Positions 61,854-62,244 of a stretch of 62,244 nt of DNA are shown in pieces (position 1 is the first letter of the stretch; every line of letters begins with the position of its first letter). Origin of the DNA: Catajapyx aquilonaris. Its lineage: Eukaryota. The position numbers and the translations under genes were made by a program. Below the pieces are notes generated by a model that saw nothing but the letters and a program-made list of their open reading frames with translations, searched no databases and was not told the origin of the DNA. The stretch covers positions 1-62,244 of the forward strand of contig JYFJ02002165.1 of the NCBI GenBank assembly GCA_000934665.2, in the 5' to 3' direction.

Positions 61854-62244
61854 CCTTCGCAAATGGAACGGCGGAGATTATGCTGCCGGGCCTCCTACGA
61901 ATTGACCAGTGTGCTTCCTAGTCCGCTTCAGGCTGCTGCCGAATTCTACGAGAATTTGTGAACACCGTTCCAGACAATATAACTTCCTATTAATAATTTA
62001 ACAAAGATTTGCATTTTGTAATATTTTAAAATTATAATCTGGCCTGTACAACGCACATGTACAGCTCAACAGTGTTGCTGACAGTGAGTTGGCAACAATG
62101 GAGGTTTGATGGCACGATAAGATTAGTACAGTACTGTACTGTGTGTACAAGATGTATAAACAGGGTATGGTGGCCAGACTTCATCGATACGGTAGAATGC
62201 TGAAGTGGGTCCAGCCACTGGCGGCGCCACTGGTGCGATCGGGC

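Overview
Eukaryotic genomic DNA from an unidentified, probably invertebrate, metazoan, with compact spliceosomal introns. Recognisable genes: U1-70K/SNRNP70 (-), CD2BP2/U5-52K (+), an SLC15/PTR2 peptide transporter (-) and a six-exon ankyrin-repeat gene (-). Two local gene expansions stand out. (i) Seven CCDC166/CCDC121 (DUF4515)-like coiled-coil genes: five intact with identical exon architecture, two truncated or decayed; most sit in head-to-head pairs whose promoters carry RFX X-box-like and Forkhead-like sites. (ii) Three tandem genes for an unknown secreted Gly/Ala/Leu/Pro-rich protein with a shared signal peptide but a different repeat body in each copy. Between ~21.8 and 41.3 kb lies ~19 kb with no intact gene, made of co-oriented decayed paralogous coding fragments of a family I cannot identify (motif FPGYWPA...RVTLL[HY]E) plus a piggyBac remnant. 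These are antisense to a small spliced unit that diverges from the SNRNP70 promoter, which resembles a unistrand piRNA cluster (hypothesis). There are also mariner, SINE, MITE and Helentron-like remnants and X-box-rich minisatellites. All gene models were spliced by eye; no database search was run.
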